Positions 37,917-51,129 of a DNA stretch of 64,000 nucleotides are shown in pieces. Below the pieces are notes generated by a model. It had not been told where the DNA came from. It saw nothing but the letters and a program-made list of their open reading frames with translations, and searched no databases. The translations under genes were made by a program, and so were the position numbers. This stretch comes from Octopus sinensis (taxonomy: Eukaryota): the NCBI RefSeq assembly GCF_006345805.1, contig NC_043023.1:868001-932000 (forward strand). The letters are read 5' to 3'. Each line of letters starts with the position of its first letter. Position 1 is the first letter of the stretch.

Positions 37917-38419
37917 AAAAAAAAAGCTTATATAATATTAACAGAAAATACCATCAAAATATGATGCATAACACACACACATTCATTTAAAAATACTGAC
38001 AGAAGTAACTATGATTCACCATCCCAACACATGCGGAACCTCAAAATGGTGTTGATATAAAGTGGAACCACATAATAGAAGCAAGAAGTGGATATAAAAT
38101 GGAGCCATATAATGGAAGGAAGAGATGCACATTTTCTGTGGTTGAAGTACTGTATCTGCTATGATATTCAATGTAGGAGACGGATCTACACATTTTGTAC
38201 AGAAGGAAATTTATGCTTACGTTTTTAAACGTTTTTCTTTTTCTGCTTGAGATTTTCAAACAGCAGGCTACATGAATTTAAATTTAATTTCAATTCAAAT
38301 TTCAACAATAAGGAAATTTAGGATATTTTAAAAATCTTTATTTGAAAATAATAATGCCTCAAGAAATGAGTTTCAAGTAAAAGCCAGTACAGTGTTACAG
38401 GAAATACCAGTCACCTATA

Positions 38420-38466
38420 ATAACTGTCATGCATATACATATATGTCAGTGTGCATATATATATAC

Positions 38467-38515
<49 letters not shown>

Positions 38516-38647
38516 TATAGGTAAATATTTTTTTATGTATGTGTTAAGGCATGTATATGTGTGTATGTGTATATATATATATATATATGTGTGTGTGTAT
38601 ATATATACACATACATCTTGCACTCTCTCTCGCTCTCTTTCTCTCAT

Positions 38648-38709
<62 letters not shown>

Positions 38710-39154
38710 CACTTAATACATATATGTGTGCATATATATATATATATACTTAATGTGTGTATATGTGTGTTTGTATGTATGTATATATATACACATACAT
38801 ATCGCGCTCTCTCTCTCGCTCTCGCTCTCTCTCTCGCTCTCGCTCTCGCTCTCTCTCTCTCACTCTCCTCTCTTTCTATATATATATATACACTTAATAC
38901 ATATATGTGTGTGTGTATATATATATATATTATATATATATATATAATATATATATATATAATATATATGTATGTATGCAAGACACACACCATATACATC
39001 ATACTTGCGCTCACAAAATACAAATAATCTCATTCACAGTGTGTGGTTAGACATATTATATATATTAACCAATTTGGGCTCGGTTGCTCAGTACAAATCT
39101 CTTCCTTTGTTCAATGGTATTTATAATTACTAGGAATGTCTAAGTATATACATA

Positions 39155-39195
<41 letters not shown>

Positions 39196-39562
39196 CTACA
39201 TACATATATATCAAAGTACATAATAATTATTGTTATTTTTACTGTTATCATTATCATTATTATTAGTAGTAGTAGTAGTTGTGGTGGTGCTGGTGTTGAT
39301 AGTTGTTGTTGGAGGAAGTAGTAGTAGGGTGTGATTTGTGTTTGTGTTTTTCTTCTTCTTCTTCTTTCTTCTTCTTCTCTTCTTCTAATTCTCCTTCTTC
39401 TTCTAATTCTCCTTCTTCTTCTAATTCTCTTCTTCTTCTTCTTCATTCTTCTTCTTCTTCTTCTTCTTCTTCTTCTTCTTCTTCTAATTCTCTTCTTCTT
39501 CTTCTTCTTCTTCTTCCAATTCTTCTTCTCTTCTTCCAATTCTTCTTTTTATTATTATTATA

Positions 39563-39595
<33 letters not shown>

Positions 39596-39622
39596 CCTTA
39601 TTATATTATTATTATTATTATA

Positions 39623-39656
<34 letters not shown>

Positions 39657-39800
39657 TATTATTATTATTATCACTGTTGTTGTTGCTGTTATTATAAACA
39701 GGCATCTATTAAATTTATGGCTTTCCTCAATCATGAATGTGTGTGTGTGTGTATATATATATACACACACACATAGATAATTGCTTACTGAGTATATACA
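38420..39800. repeat. (TA)/(CT)/(CTT)/(ATT) microsatellite field
   Basis: Direct inspection. Confidence 0.9.
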
Positions 39801-40611
39801 GGGGTGTTAATAATTACATGTACATTATGTATGTTCAAACATGCGCTGTCCTGAGACCTCATTAAACACATACGTGTGTGTGTGTGTGTATATGTGTGTA
39901 TTAGTATGTGTGCTTGTGTGTATATATGTGCGTGTGTGTTGTAACATGTTTCATATATGGTTAATCCCCATAAGGAGCATTGAGCTAGTTTCCCAGCTTC
40001 TCTGAGGTATATATTCCACCCGGGATAGGAAGCTAGTCCATCACAGCAATTACTCCTTTTTGCCAGCTGAGTGGTAAAACAATTCTAGTTTTTGTTTTTG
40101 GTAAAACATTGCACACAGCTGTCTGCATTAATTAAATATATAAACAAAAGTAAGAAAATGGAGATATAGCATTTAATGAAAATTTATTATCTGCAAAAAT
40201 CAAACATAGTTCCTTACAGCTGTTTCAATTAAGCCTAAAGATTAAATCACACTTAATAAAATCATTATGTTAGGCAAAATCTCTTCAGAGGTGTAGAAAA
40301 AGATATGCCATTAGATTTTTATGTGTAGTATTTTAGAATCATCACAGCAGAATTTATATATGTATATAGATTGATAGACAGGTAGATTATTATCTATGGG
40401 TGTGTGTTTCTGTGTCTGTGTTTGTCCCCCATCACAGCTAGTAGTGGTGGATTTACATCGCTGTAACATAGTGGTTCAGCAAAAGAGACTGATAGAATAA
40501 TAAAAGACTTTAACAAAAGTAAAGAACTGAGGTTGATTCGTTTGACTAAAATCTCTCAAAGAATTGCTCCAGTATGGCTGCAGTCTAATGATGGAAACAA
40601 GAGAAAAATAT

Positions 40612-40833
40612 AGGAGTGGCTGTGTGGTAAGTAGCTTGCTAACCAACCACATGGTTCCGGGTTCAGTCCCACTGCGTGGCATCTTGGGCAAGTGTCTTCT
40701 GCTATAGCCCCGGGCCGACCAAAGCCTTGTGAGTGGATTTGGTAGACGGAAACTGAAAGAAGCCTGTCGTATATATGTATATATATGTGTATGTGTGTGT
40801 GTTTGTGTGTGTGTGTGTTTGTCCCCCTAGCAT
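40612..40833 (+). mobile_element. SINE A 5' half abutting the mariner 3' truncation
   Basis: Young head; ends at CCCTAGCAT. Confidence 0.85.
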
Positions 40834-41851
40834 GATTTTGAAGACTGCAGAGTAAATGATAATCAGATGGGGCAATGTCCAGCGAATATGCTGGGTGGGG
40901 CATCGTTTCCCATTCAAACTGCTCCAGCCTTTGGAATGTCATCCTCACTGTATTTAACCGTGCATTATCCTGATGGAAGAACACATTTTATCTTGAAACC
41001 AAAGATGGTCATTTTTCTTCTAGTCCACTCAAGCTGGTCACAGCAGATCTCCTTTATTATCATTTGGTTTGGGTTTAAAAGTTGAAAGTGGACTGAACCT
41101 TTCATAACCCACCAAACAGGTAACAACACCTTACGTAGGTGAAGACATTCTTTAGCCTGGGGTGCTGGTGTTTCTCCTTTCCCTACCCACTGTCTTTGGT
41201 GCTTGACATTTTTACAGAGAACCCATCTCTTGTCACCAGTTATTATTCAGTCAAAAAAAAGGTTCATCCATGAGACATGACAGCAAAGAAGAACACACGT
41301 TCATACTCTTCACTCAATTAGCCTCAGAAAGTTTGTGAGGAACCCACTGACCCAATTTGCTGACTTTTCCTATGGCATGCAGGTGTTGATGAATGGTTGA
41401 ATGACCAAATCCAAGCTTCTCTGCTAGTTCTTCAACAGTTACAATGGGATTTTGCTCTACCAGGGTTTGCAGGACATCCTCATCAAGCTCTACAGATCTT
41501 CCAGGATGAGGGTCATCTTCTGAGCTGTAGTTTCTGGCTTGAAATTTCTGGAACCACTGTTGACACTAGTTTACACTTGTCCGATCCCCATATACTGCAT
41601 TAATATTCCTTGCACTTTCTGTTGCATTGTTGCCTTTATTGAACTCATAAAGCAAAATATGCCTTTGTCACTTCCGTAAAAAAATAACTGTTAAAATCGA
41701 ACTGCATTCTCCAAAACTACCACTAAGAATAAGTACAAGGTAAAATTACTACCTGATTTTATAGCATCTTGATGCAGGTAGTTTATCCCATCCCTCTCTG
41801 ACTTTTAGTTCATGCAATTTCAAAAATCTCGTTATTTATGGGATGACCCAA
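40831..41851 (-). pseudogene. Decayed mariner (DD34D) transposon, 3' end missing
   Basis: TA|TTGGGTCATCCCATAAATAA TIR at 41851. Translation includes ILLYEFNKG, PGRSVELDED, WVPHKL, TGDKRW, HQDNAR and HPAYSLDIAPSDYHL, with 34 residues between the second and third D. Confidence 0.9.
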
Positions 41852-41874
41852 TATATATATATATTATATATATA

Positions 41875-41906
<32 letters not shown>

Positions 41907-41907
<1 letters not shown>

Positions 41908-42228
41908 GGAGTGGCTGTGTGGTAAGTAGCTTGCGTACAAACAACATGGTTCCGGGTTCAGTCCCACTCTGTGACACCTTGGGAAAGTGTCTTCTACTAT
42001 AGCCTCAGGCCGACTAATGCCTTGTGAGTGGATTTGGTAGATGGAAACTGAAAGAAGCCCATCGTATATATGTATATATATGTGTATGTGTGTGAATATG
42101 TTTGTGTGTCTGTGTTTGTCCCCTCAACATCACTTACAAAGAATAAGTCCTGGGGTCGATTTGCTCGACTAAAGGTGGTGCTCCAGCATGGCCACAGTCA
42201 CATGACTGAAACAAGTAAAAGAGTAAAA
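41907..42228 (+). mobile_element. SINE A with an internal deletion
   Basis: Head, microsatellite, shortened body and tail. Confidence 0.85.
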
Positions 42229-42444
42229 GATATATATATATATCTTAAATGATTGATACGGAAGATGGATTGGTACTAGAAGCTTCATTAGCACAACAAT
42301 TATTGCAGCTTCATTCTGCACTGCTCTCTAGTGGGCATAGGATGATGTAATGACATCAGGTGCAACGAACAGTGCATCAAGCCATATCAGGTGATGTTAC
42401 ATGCTTTAATTACCAGATTTACATTTCCATATGCATGATTATAT

Positions 42445-42757
42445 CATCATCATCATCATCATCATCGTTTAACGTCCGTTTTCTGCGCTAGCACGGGTTG
42501 GACGGTTTCGACCGGGGTCTGGGGAGCCAGGGGCTGCCCCAGGCTCCAGTCTGGTCTGGCAGTGTTTCTACAGCTGGATGCTCTTCCTAACGCCAACCAC
42601 TCCGCGAGTGTAGTGGGTGCTTTTTACGTGCCACCTGCACAGGTGCCAGAGGGGTCTGGCATCGGCCACGGTCAGTTGGTGCTTTTTATGTGCCACCTGC
42701 ACAGAAGCCAGTCGGGGCGGTGCTGGCATCGGCCACGTTCGGATGGTGCTTTTTATG
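42445..42757 (-). mobile_element. RTE 3' UTR fragment
   Basis: (CAT)n tail and three GTGCTTTTTA(C/T)GTG units. Confidence 0.85.
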
Positions 42758-42992
42758 TGGGGGGAGGGTGCAGAAATATAGGGGAGCACCAGTGGGGAGG
42801 GGTGTTCGGAGAAACGATGACAGGTTCTAGACAAGTAGAACGTAGGGTATCACGAGAGGGGTAATGCATGGTGAAATAGCACATTGAAGAGGGGGGTTCG
42901 AAGAGTAGACACCTATAATGGTGGTGGGAGAAGCGACATCCGGTATAGATGGAGCAAAAATATAGAGATATCCGGTATTGGTGGTGGGGGTG

Positions 42993-43038
<46 letters not shown>

Positions 43039-43044
43039 TACATA

Positions 43045-44300
43045 CAGGGGTTGGACAAAATAAAAGGAATACCTAGCATCATAGTATCATAATTTTGAAA
43101 TATCTATAAAACCTTCAAAAGCTTGTTTGTTTTTATGTTTTTTTTTTTTTATTATTAGTGTTGCTTAATATGTTTCGTTAAAATTGCTGTTTCTTTTCAG
43201 ATATCATCAGAAAAAGGTAATTAAAATTCATTAAAATGACAGATCTATCAGACTTTCAAAGAGGTCAAATTGTCGGTGCTTGTATGGCAGGTGCTAGCAT
43301 AACAAAAACAGCCAAAATGTTTGGTGTATCAAGAAGTACTCTCTCGAAAGTAATGACAGCCTTTGAGAAAGAGGGAAAAACCTCCTCATTGAAACAAAAC
43401 TCTGGAAGAAATCCAAAACATTCAGATAAGGACCATTGGACTCTTACACGAATTGTTTGGAAGGATCACAAAAGTACAGCTCCCAAAATTACTGCAGAGC
43501 TTAATGATCACCTGGAGAATCCAGTTTCCACAAAAACTGTTCACTGACAGCTGCACAAAGCTGGATTTCATGGGAGGGCTGCAATCAGAAAATCACTCCT
43601 TTCAAAACAAACGTTGCAAAGCATTTAGAGTGGAATAAAAACCCTACAGAATTGGTCCCTAGAGCAGTGGAAGAATGTTATTTTCTTAGACGAGTCATCC
43701 TTTACCTTATTTCTGACCACTGGCTAGGAATACATGTGGAGACAGCCAAAGGAAGCATTTGACCCAGACTGCCTTCTTCCAACTATTAAACATGGAGGAT
43801 GATCAGGGTGCTATATCTTGGAAATCCGCTAGCCCACTGGTTTCATTTCATAGCAGAATTAATAGTCAAGACTATTTGAGCATTTTATCTGATCAAATTC
43901 ATCCTATGTTTGCAGAACTGTTTCTGGAGGGAAATGCAATCTTTCAGGATGATAATGCCCCAATTCACACAGCTAAAGTTGTTACTGAATGGGACGAGGA
44001 ACTTTCTAGTGAAGTTGAACATCTTATCTGGCCACCATAGTCCCCAGATCTCAATATTATTGAACATTTATGGGCATTTTAGAAAAACAAGTAAGGAGTC
44101 GATATCCTCCACCATCATCACTACAAGAACTGGAGACTGTTTTAGCAGAAGAATGGACAAAAATTCTTTTTGAAACACTTGAAACTTTATATGAGTCCAT
44201 ACCTCATAGAATTCAAGCTGTAATTACTGCCAAAGGTGGTCCTACTCCATATTAAAATACATTTGTTTGAAAATTTGTTTCCATTATTTTGTCCACCCTC
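43045..44300 (+). mobile_element. Near-complete Tc1-family transposon with a disrupted DD36E transposase (43236-44255)
   Basis: TA|CAGGGGTTGGACAAAATAAAAGGAA left TIR and TTTCCATTATTTTGTCCACCCTC right TIR. Translation includes MTDLSDFQRGQIVG, FLDESSF, FQDDNAPIH, WPP*SPDLNIIEHLW and AKGGPTPY*; several stops and frameshifts. Confidence 0.92.
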
Positions 44301-44331
<31 letters not shown>

Positions 44332-44349
44332 TCTTTTTTTTTATATATA

Positions 44350-44530
44350 TATATATAGTTGGAATTTACAAAAATACAAACAAAACAAAAGACGAAGATG
44401 GGTGTGTAAACAACAACCAAATGTATTAGCTCAACGCTCAGGAAGTGACAAAGTCTTTTATGTTTTGAGCCTATGCTCTTCAACAGAAAGGAACACAGAA
44501 ATAAACAGGGAGAGAAAACAAAAAAAAAAA
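44350..44530 (-). mobile_element. Penelope-like/hammerhead-bearing repeat (family E), decayed
   Basis: Homologous to the reverse complement of 57200-57365. Confidence 0.7.
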
Positions 44531-45019
44531 GTTTTTTGGCTAATGAAGGTGCGGGAAGAAAGTGAGCTTCAAGTAATCTGTAGAAAATATCAAAATATCA
44601 ATTTTTAGGAACAATAGTGGTTTATTAGAGTGGAAGGTTGTGGATTTTTTCGTATAGAAGTATGAAAAGTTGAAAAAATTATTTCATATTTATGGTTGGC
44701 AGCCAAGGTTGCCAAGTTTGTGAATAAAGACCTAAATGAAGTAAATAAAACCTGAGCTACACATCTTTCATAGCAAGTGGTAAATATCCAAGTGAGGTGT
44801 ATACAGCAGGTTATTCTTTAGACCAAGATTCAGCATGACACAGAATGTGACAAGAGTGGCCCCTTTGAATTTCAGGTACAAATCAATTTTTGCCAGCTGA
44901 GTGGACTGGAGCAATGTGAAGTTAAGTGTCTTGATTAAGGATACAAGGCACTGCCACGAATTGAACACATGACCTTAGGATTGCAAACTGAATTCCCTCA
45001 CCACTAAGCCACAGGCCTT

Positions 45020-45789
45020 CACATTGATGATGAAGAGGAAGATGTAAATGATGATGATGATGATGATGACATTAATGATGATGATAGTGATGATGACATA
45101 AATTGGAATAATGCAAATGATGACAATGATGATGACAATCACAATGATGACAGTGATGGCGGTGGCGATGAGATGACATGAAGGGTGATGGTGGGGATGG
45201 CAATGATAATGATGAAGGCAACAATGCTGATGATCATGTCAACAGCTGGAATGATGATGATGATGACAATGATAATGATAGTGATGATGATGATGATGGT
45301 GAGTCAACGATGGTGTCCAGTATATTGGCAATAAGCTCTGTTGGTTCCAAAGTCTCTACCATTCCATATTGCATGACTCAGAAGACAGAAACCAACATGT
45401 ATACACTGGCATGTATATTAAATATTTTATGTGCATATATACAGTATATACATTCAGACACACACACATACATATATACATACATACATACATATATATA
45501 TATGTATATATATATAAATTTATATTATGTTCATATTATTATTATAATACATATAAATATATATATATATACATATATTTATGCATGGGTGTATGATTCA
45601 ACACACACACACACATATATATATACATATATATAATAATATATTTATTATATACATATACATAAACATATATAATACAAATAATATATATTATATATAT
45701 ACATATACATAAACATACATATATATATCCCTACATATATATAACATATATATATATCTACATATATAATATATATTACACATATGTAG

Positions 45790-45850
<61 letters not shown>

Positions 45851-46417
45851 TATATATACTATATATATATATATTATATTATATATATATATATTACATC
45901 TACTATATATTATATAAATATATATATATATATGTGTGTATATATACATATATGTATGTATATATATAAATATATATATGTGTATATATATATATATACA
46001 CACACACACACTCATGTGTGTGCAGTTATCCAAACATATCCTGAATGTGTATACAATAGCTGGTACACTTGCATACAACATACAACATTCTATACAGAAC
46101 TGACAGTAAAACGTTTGTGTATGTATGTATGTGCGTGTATGTATGTATATATATTATATATAAGAGCATACACATTATGGATATTTAATACACGCACAAA
46201 TATTATACACGTTTGTCTAAATATTTGTTTAATATTGATGTCACAGAAATATATATTTGAATACAGTTCACTCTGTGTATATATATATATATATAAAACA
46301 CAATATAATATAAACATTTATGTAACATTATATGCACGATTATCACTATATACACTACCATAAACTTGCATACACAACAAATATACACATATATATGAAC
46401 ACATGCATACATACATA

Positions 46418-46469
<52 letters not shown>

Positions 46470-46700
46470 TTTTTCTCTCTGTCTTTATATGTACATGTAT
46501 ATGTATATTTATATATACATGCATATACAGGTATATATGCCATGTGTTTACCTATAACTATGCATCCAATATTTATATAAGATCATTTATGTGTGTGTGT
46601 GTGTTGGGGAGTGTAAATATTTATATAATATAAAAGTGCTGTATATACACATACGTTTTGCGTGTATATATTATATATTATATTCTGCATATAGTTTATA
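45020..46700. repeat. (GAT)n tract followed by a long degenerate (TA)n field
   Basis: Direct inspection. Confidence 0.9.
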
Positions 46701-47028
46701 TTCTGTTAGTCATATTTCACAAATATGTGTGTACATTTTTGCTGCGATATATTGATTGTGGTATAAATATTGCATGTATGTGTGTGTGTATGTGTTTATA
46801 TATAGGCACAGGAGTGGCTGTGTGGTAAGCAATTTTCTTCCCAACCACATGGTTCTGGGTTCTGTCTCTACCTTGGGAAAGTGTCTTCTGCTGTAGCTTC
46901 AAACTGACAAAAGGCTTGTTAGTGGATATGGTAGATGGAACCTGAGAAAAGCCTGTCTGTGACCGCATGTGTATCGTTGGTGACTTTTTTCCTCCATCTT
47001 CCCTTCCTTAGATCTTTCCTTTTCCTAT

Positions 47029-47063
47029 GTTTCTGACGAAGAGTTCCGCTCGAAACGTTAAAC
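47029..47063 (+). ncRNA. Minimal type I hammerhead ribozyme motif (Penelope-type)
   Basis: GUUU-CUGACGA-A-GAG(UUCCG)CUC-GAAACGUU-AAAC: stem I GUUU/AAAC, canonical core, stem II, palindromic ACGU stem III. Confidence 0.65.
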
Positions 47064-47143
47064 CCTCCTTTCTTTCCTTTCCTGAGCATCCAATAACGCT
47101 ATACTTGTTCCACGTCCTCGCATTGTTGTGTTCATGTTTGGAT

Positions 47144-47178
<35 letters not shown>

Positions 47179-47677
47179 TATATATATAATATTATATATA
47201 TTCATATATGTATGTATGTATATTGTGTGTTTCTTTATATCTGTTTGTCTCTGCCACCACCACCACCATCACCACTTGGCAACTGATGTTCATTGGAAGA
47301 GTCTAATAGAATAAGTACTAAGGTGGAATCATTCAACTAAAAATACTCTTCAAGATGGTGCCCCACTCTGATGACTGAAATGAGTTAAAGATAAAATGGT
47401 GTAATTTAAATATATTTAGCTTTTCATCTTCTTCTTGGGGCTCTTCTTCTTTTCTTTTATGTATTTTCTTCACTCTCATGGAGCTCCATGTTCCAGATCG
47501 GATGTGCTACCAAATATGAGGAATATTATTTTCAGAATTTTCAGTAGCAATACCATATAACATTGGAAGCAGAAACAGCTGTTAGACAAGATACAGTATA
47601 TTTGCATTTAATTAAATGTAATAATTGATGTTAGTCAATTGCTGTTCATCTGTATTTCTCCATTTTCTGTTTACTTT

Positions 47678-48170
47678 AGTGGCTGACGATATGTGCATCT
47701 CTGATCATGAGCAGAAGTAGTGGGGGAGCATCATAGCCATGTGTTGAGAGGGATTCTTTGGGGTTTGAGTTATTCACCTCTGGAAACATGGGTGTTTCGT
47801 TCAACATCTTTAAACAACCCTTATTCACGGACCTTTTGAGAGGGATGGGTTACTCGATCAGAAGAAAACTCTAACTGGGCCCCACCTGCAAGGTCATGTG
47901 CTGTCTATTTTGATAAGAGATCATCATGTCACGCACATATGGTTGTGATGCATGTGCCTGGTGTACCCTTATCAGATGGGTAGTCATGATGGGTATACTG
48001 GGCTTCATATATTTTACCCCAGTGTCATTTTGATGGCATATATTGCTCTCTCATTCAATAACAATAACAATAACAACAACAACAATAATAATACATGCCC
48101 CAATGCAGTGACTCTTAGGGCTTCTGATCTTAATTGATTGCATGTTTTGTCTTGGTATAAAAGATGGGCC
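47678..48170 (+). mobile_element. Family D 3' part followed, after (AAC/AAT)n, by a family D 5' part
   Basis: 47678-48057 matches the 3' portion; 48091-48170 matches the start ATGCCC...GGCTTCTGATCTTAA...GTCTTGGTATAAAAGATGGG. Confidence 0.75.
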
Positions 48171-48284
48171 TGTATACTGAAATTGGTAAAATGGAATGAT
48201 TATTGTTGATGGGCATATAAAGGTTGGTGGTGAGAACAAGAGAAAAGTATTTCATCTTAGCATGTCAGGTTAATCTTTTGGATC

Positions 48285-48645
48285 AGGACTGACCTGGGGC
48301 TAAATAACAACAATAGCATTTATAGCCAGTAATACTAACTACTATACTGTACATTAGATAATGTAGTCCTAGATACACTATGCCTGAATAAAAGATGGGA
48401 TGGTCATAGCTGGAACGTCTTTGATCATAAGTCTGCTGAATCAAGACTGACCTTGCACTAAGCAAAAACTATAGCCACTAAAACTAACTACTACGTTGTA
48501 CATTAGACGATGTATTCCTAGATACACTATACCAGAATAAAAGACGGGTAGGTCATAGCTGTAACTTCTTCGATCATAGGTCTGCTGGATCAAACTGACC
48601 TGGGGCTAAACAACAAAAACTATAACCACCAATACTAACTACAGT
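48285..48645 (+). repeat. ~150-bp unit tandem repeat (about 2.3 copies)
   Basis: CTGACC(T)...CTAA at about 48290, 48448 and 48595; related tandem units at 57625-57895. Confidence 0.75.
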
Positions 48646-48911
48646 ACTATACATCATATATATTCACACGCACACACACACACATGGTTGCATACATACA
48701 CGTGCTTATATACCTACCTGCATATACAAATATGGTGTATATACAAGAGCTAGTATACCTAAAAATACTTTAATTAGCCACAGGCAAGAGATGGGTTTCA
48801 AGATCTTAAATACAACAGCAGCAGGAGGGTGTCTTAGATGGGAGGTTTTGTGGGGTAGATTTTTCACAGGTTGAGAGACCGCATAGAGGTACCTGCCTTA
48901 TCTAATGTCAC

Positions 48912-50690
48912 CGGTGGTGGTGGTGGTGGTGGTGGTGGTGGTGGTGGTGGTGGTGGTGGTGGTGGTTGAGGTGGTGGTGATGGTGGTGGTGGTGGTGGTG
49001 GTGGTGGTTGAGGTGTCAAGTTGCTTGCAATGACATCCGTGATAATATCAAATTGTTTGTTGTTGTTATTGTTGTGGTTGAAGTTGTTAAGGGTAGGTGT
49101 CATTCCTCATGGGTGGAAATATCTGATGAAGGGGTAGGGGGTTGTTGTAGCATAGTGTGGTGTTGTGTTCAGGTGGTGGCGGTGAAAGTGGTGGTATATT
49201 GTATTGTTGTTACAGTGTTGGTAACTCTGTGTGTGAGAGAAAGAGAGAGAGATGGTGTCTAGTGGAAATATGTAGTAGTCAGATTGTAGTATGTTATGTT
49301 GGTTATGGTAGTGATAGTTGTGTAGTAATAGTGGTGATGATTGTGGTGGTTGTGTTGGTGGTTGTGTTGGTGGTGGTGTTGGTGGTTGTGTTGGTGGTGG
49401 TGATGGCGGTTGTGTTGGTGGTGGTGATGGTGGTTGTGTTGGTGGTGGTGATGGTGGTTGTGTTGATGGTGGTGTTGGTGGTGGTGTGTTGGTGGTGGTG
49501 ATGGTGGTTGTGTTGGTGGTGGTTATGGTGGTTGTGTTGGTGGTGGTTATGGTGGTTGTGTTGGTAGTGGTGATGGTGGTTGTATTGATGGTGGTGTTGG
49601 TGGTTGTGTTGGTGGTGGTGATGGTGGTTGTGTTGGTGGTGGTGATGGTGGTTGTGTTGGTGGTGGTGTTGGTGGTTGTGTGGTGGTGGTGGTGGTGGTG
49701 GTTGAGGTGTCAAGTTGCTTGCAATGACATCCGTGATAATATCAAATTGTTTGTTGTTGTTATTGTTGTGGTTGAAGTTGTTAAGGGTAGGTGTCATTCT
49801 CATGGGTGGAAATATCTGATGAAGGGGTAGGGGGTTGTTGTAGCATAGTGTGGTGTTGTGTTCAGGTGGTGGCGGTGAAAGTGGTGGTATATTGTATTGT
49901 TGTTACAGTGTTGGTAACTCTGTGTGTGAGAGAAAGAGAGAGAGATGGTGTCTAGTGGAAATATGTAGTAGTCAGATTGTAGTATGTTATGTTGGTTATG
50001 GTAGTGATAGTTGTGTAGTAATAGTGGTGATGATTGTGGTGGTTGTGTTGGTGTGGTGTTGTGTTGGTGGTGGTGTTGGTGGTTGTGTTGGGGTGGGTGA
50101 TGGCGGTTGTGTTGGTGGTGGTGATGGTGGTTGTGTTGGTGGTGGGTGGTGGTTGTGTTGATGGTGGTGTTGGTGTTGTGTTGGTGGTGGTTGATGGTGG
50201 TTGTGTTGGTGGTGGTTATGGTGGTTGGTGTGGTTGTGGTTATGGTGGTTGTGTTGGTAGTGGTGATGGTGGTTGTATTGATGGTGGTGTTGGTGGTTGT
50301 GTTGGTGGTGGTGATGGTGGTTGTGTTGGTGGTGGTGATGGTGGTTGTGTTGGTGGTGGTGTTGGTGGTTGTGTTGGTGGTGGTGATGGTGGTTGTGATA
50401 ATACCAGTGGCAACAATGGAGGTGATGATGATGGTGGTGGTGGTCATCGTTGTGATGATGGTTGGTGGTGGTTGTAGTGATGACAATGATGGTGTTGGTG
50501 ATGGTGGCAATGAAGGTGGTGGAAGTGGTGGTAGAGAAGGTGGTGGGGGTGACGGTGGTGGTGGTGATGGTGGTGGTTGTCATGGTGACGAAGATGGTGG
50601 CAGCGTGGAGGTGGTATTACGGTGTGCTGGTAATGGCAGTATGTGGTTGTGTTGACGGTGTTGGTGGTGTTGTAGTGTGGTGTTGAGTGA
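48912..50690. repeat. (GGT/GTT)n field containing a ~694-bp tandem duplication
   Basis: AGGTGTCAAGTTGCTTGC at 49011 and 49705. Confidence 0.9.
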
Positions 50691-51129
50691 GGGAGGTTCA
50701 GCTGCTATTTCTATTAATCAGGTCAAACACACCATAAAGTTACTTATGCCTGACAGACTTTAAAACAAAACAATATTCCCACCACCAATCAATTAACATA
50801 CATTATATATTTTCTTAATTACTCCACCATTAAATGGAACATATGCTGGGTGGATCCACCCCTCAGGGGTGTCAGATACTTATTCAACCACGGTGTAATT
50901 GTTTCATTAAGGATCCACCCACCCCAGAAAAGGAGCAGGACTTGAACTTCAGGATTTTAGTGTGGAAAGGGTGGGATGTATCAATCAATATTTTGTTAAG
51001 ATGCCAGTTGCCCTCGGGGCCCTACTGCCCTCAGCCACACCCTAACAAAATGACATGGAACCTATTTCCAGGTTAAAACGTTGATAATTGTATTTATTCT
51101 TTTATTGCTTGAAGGCACATAGTTAAGTG

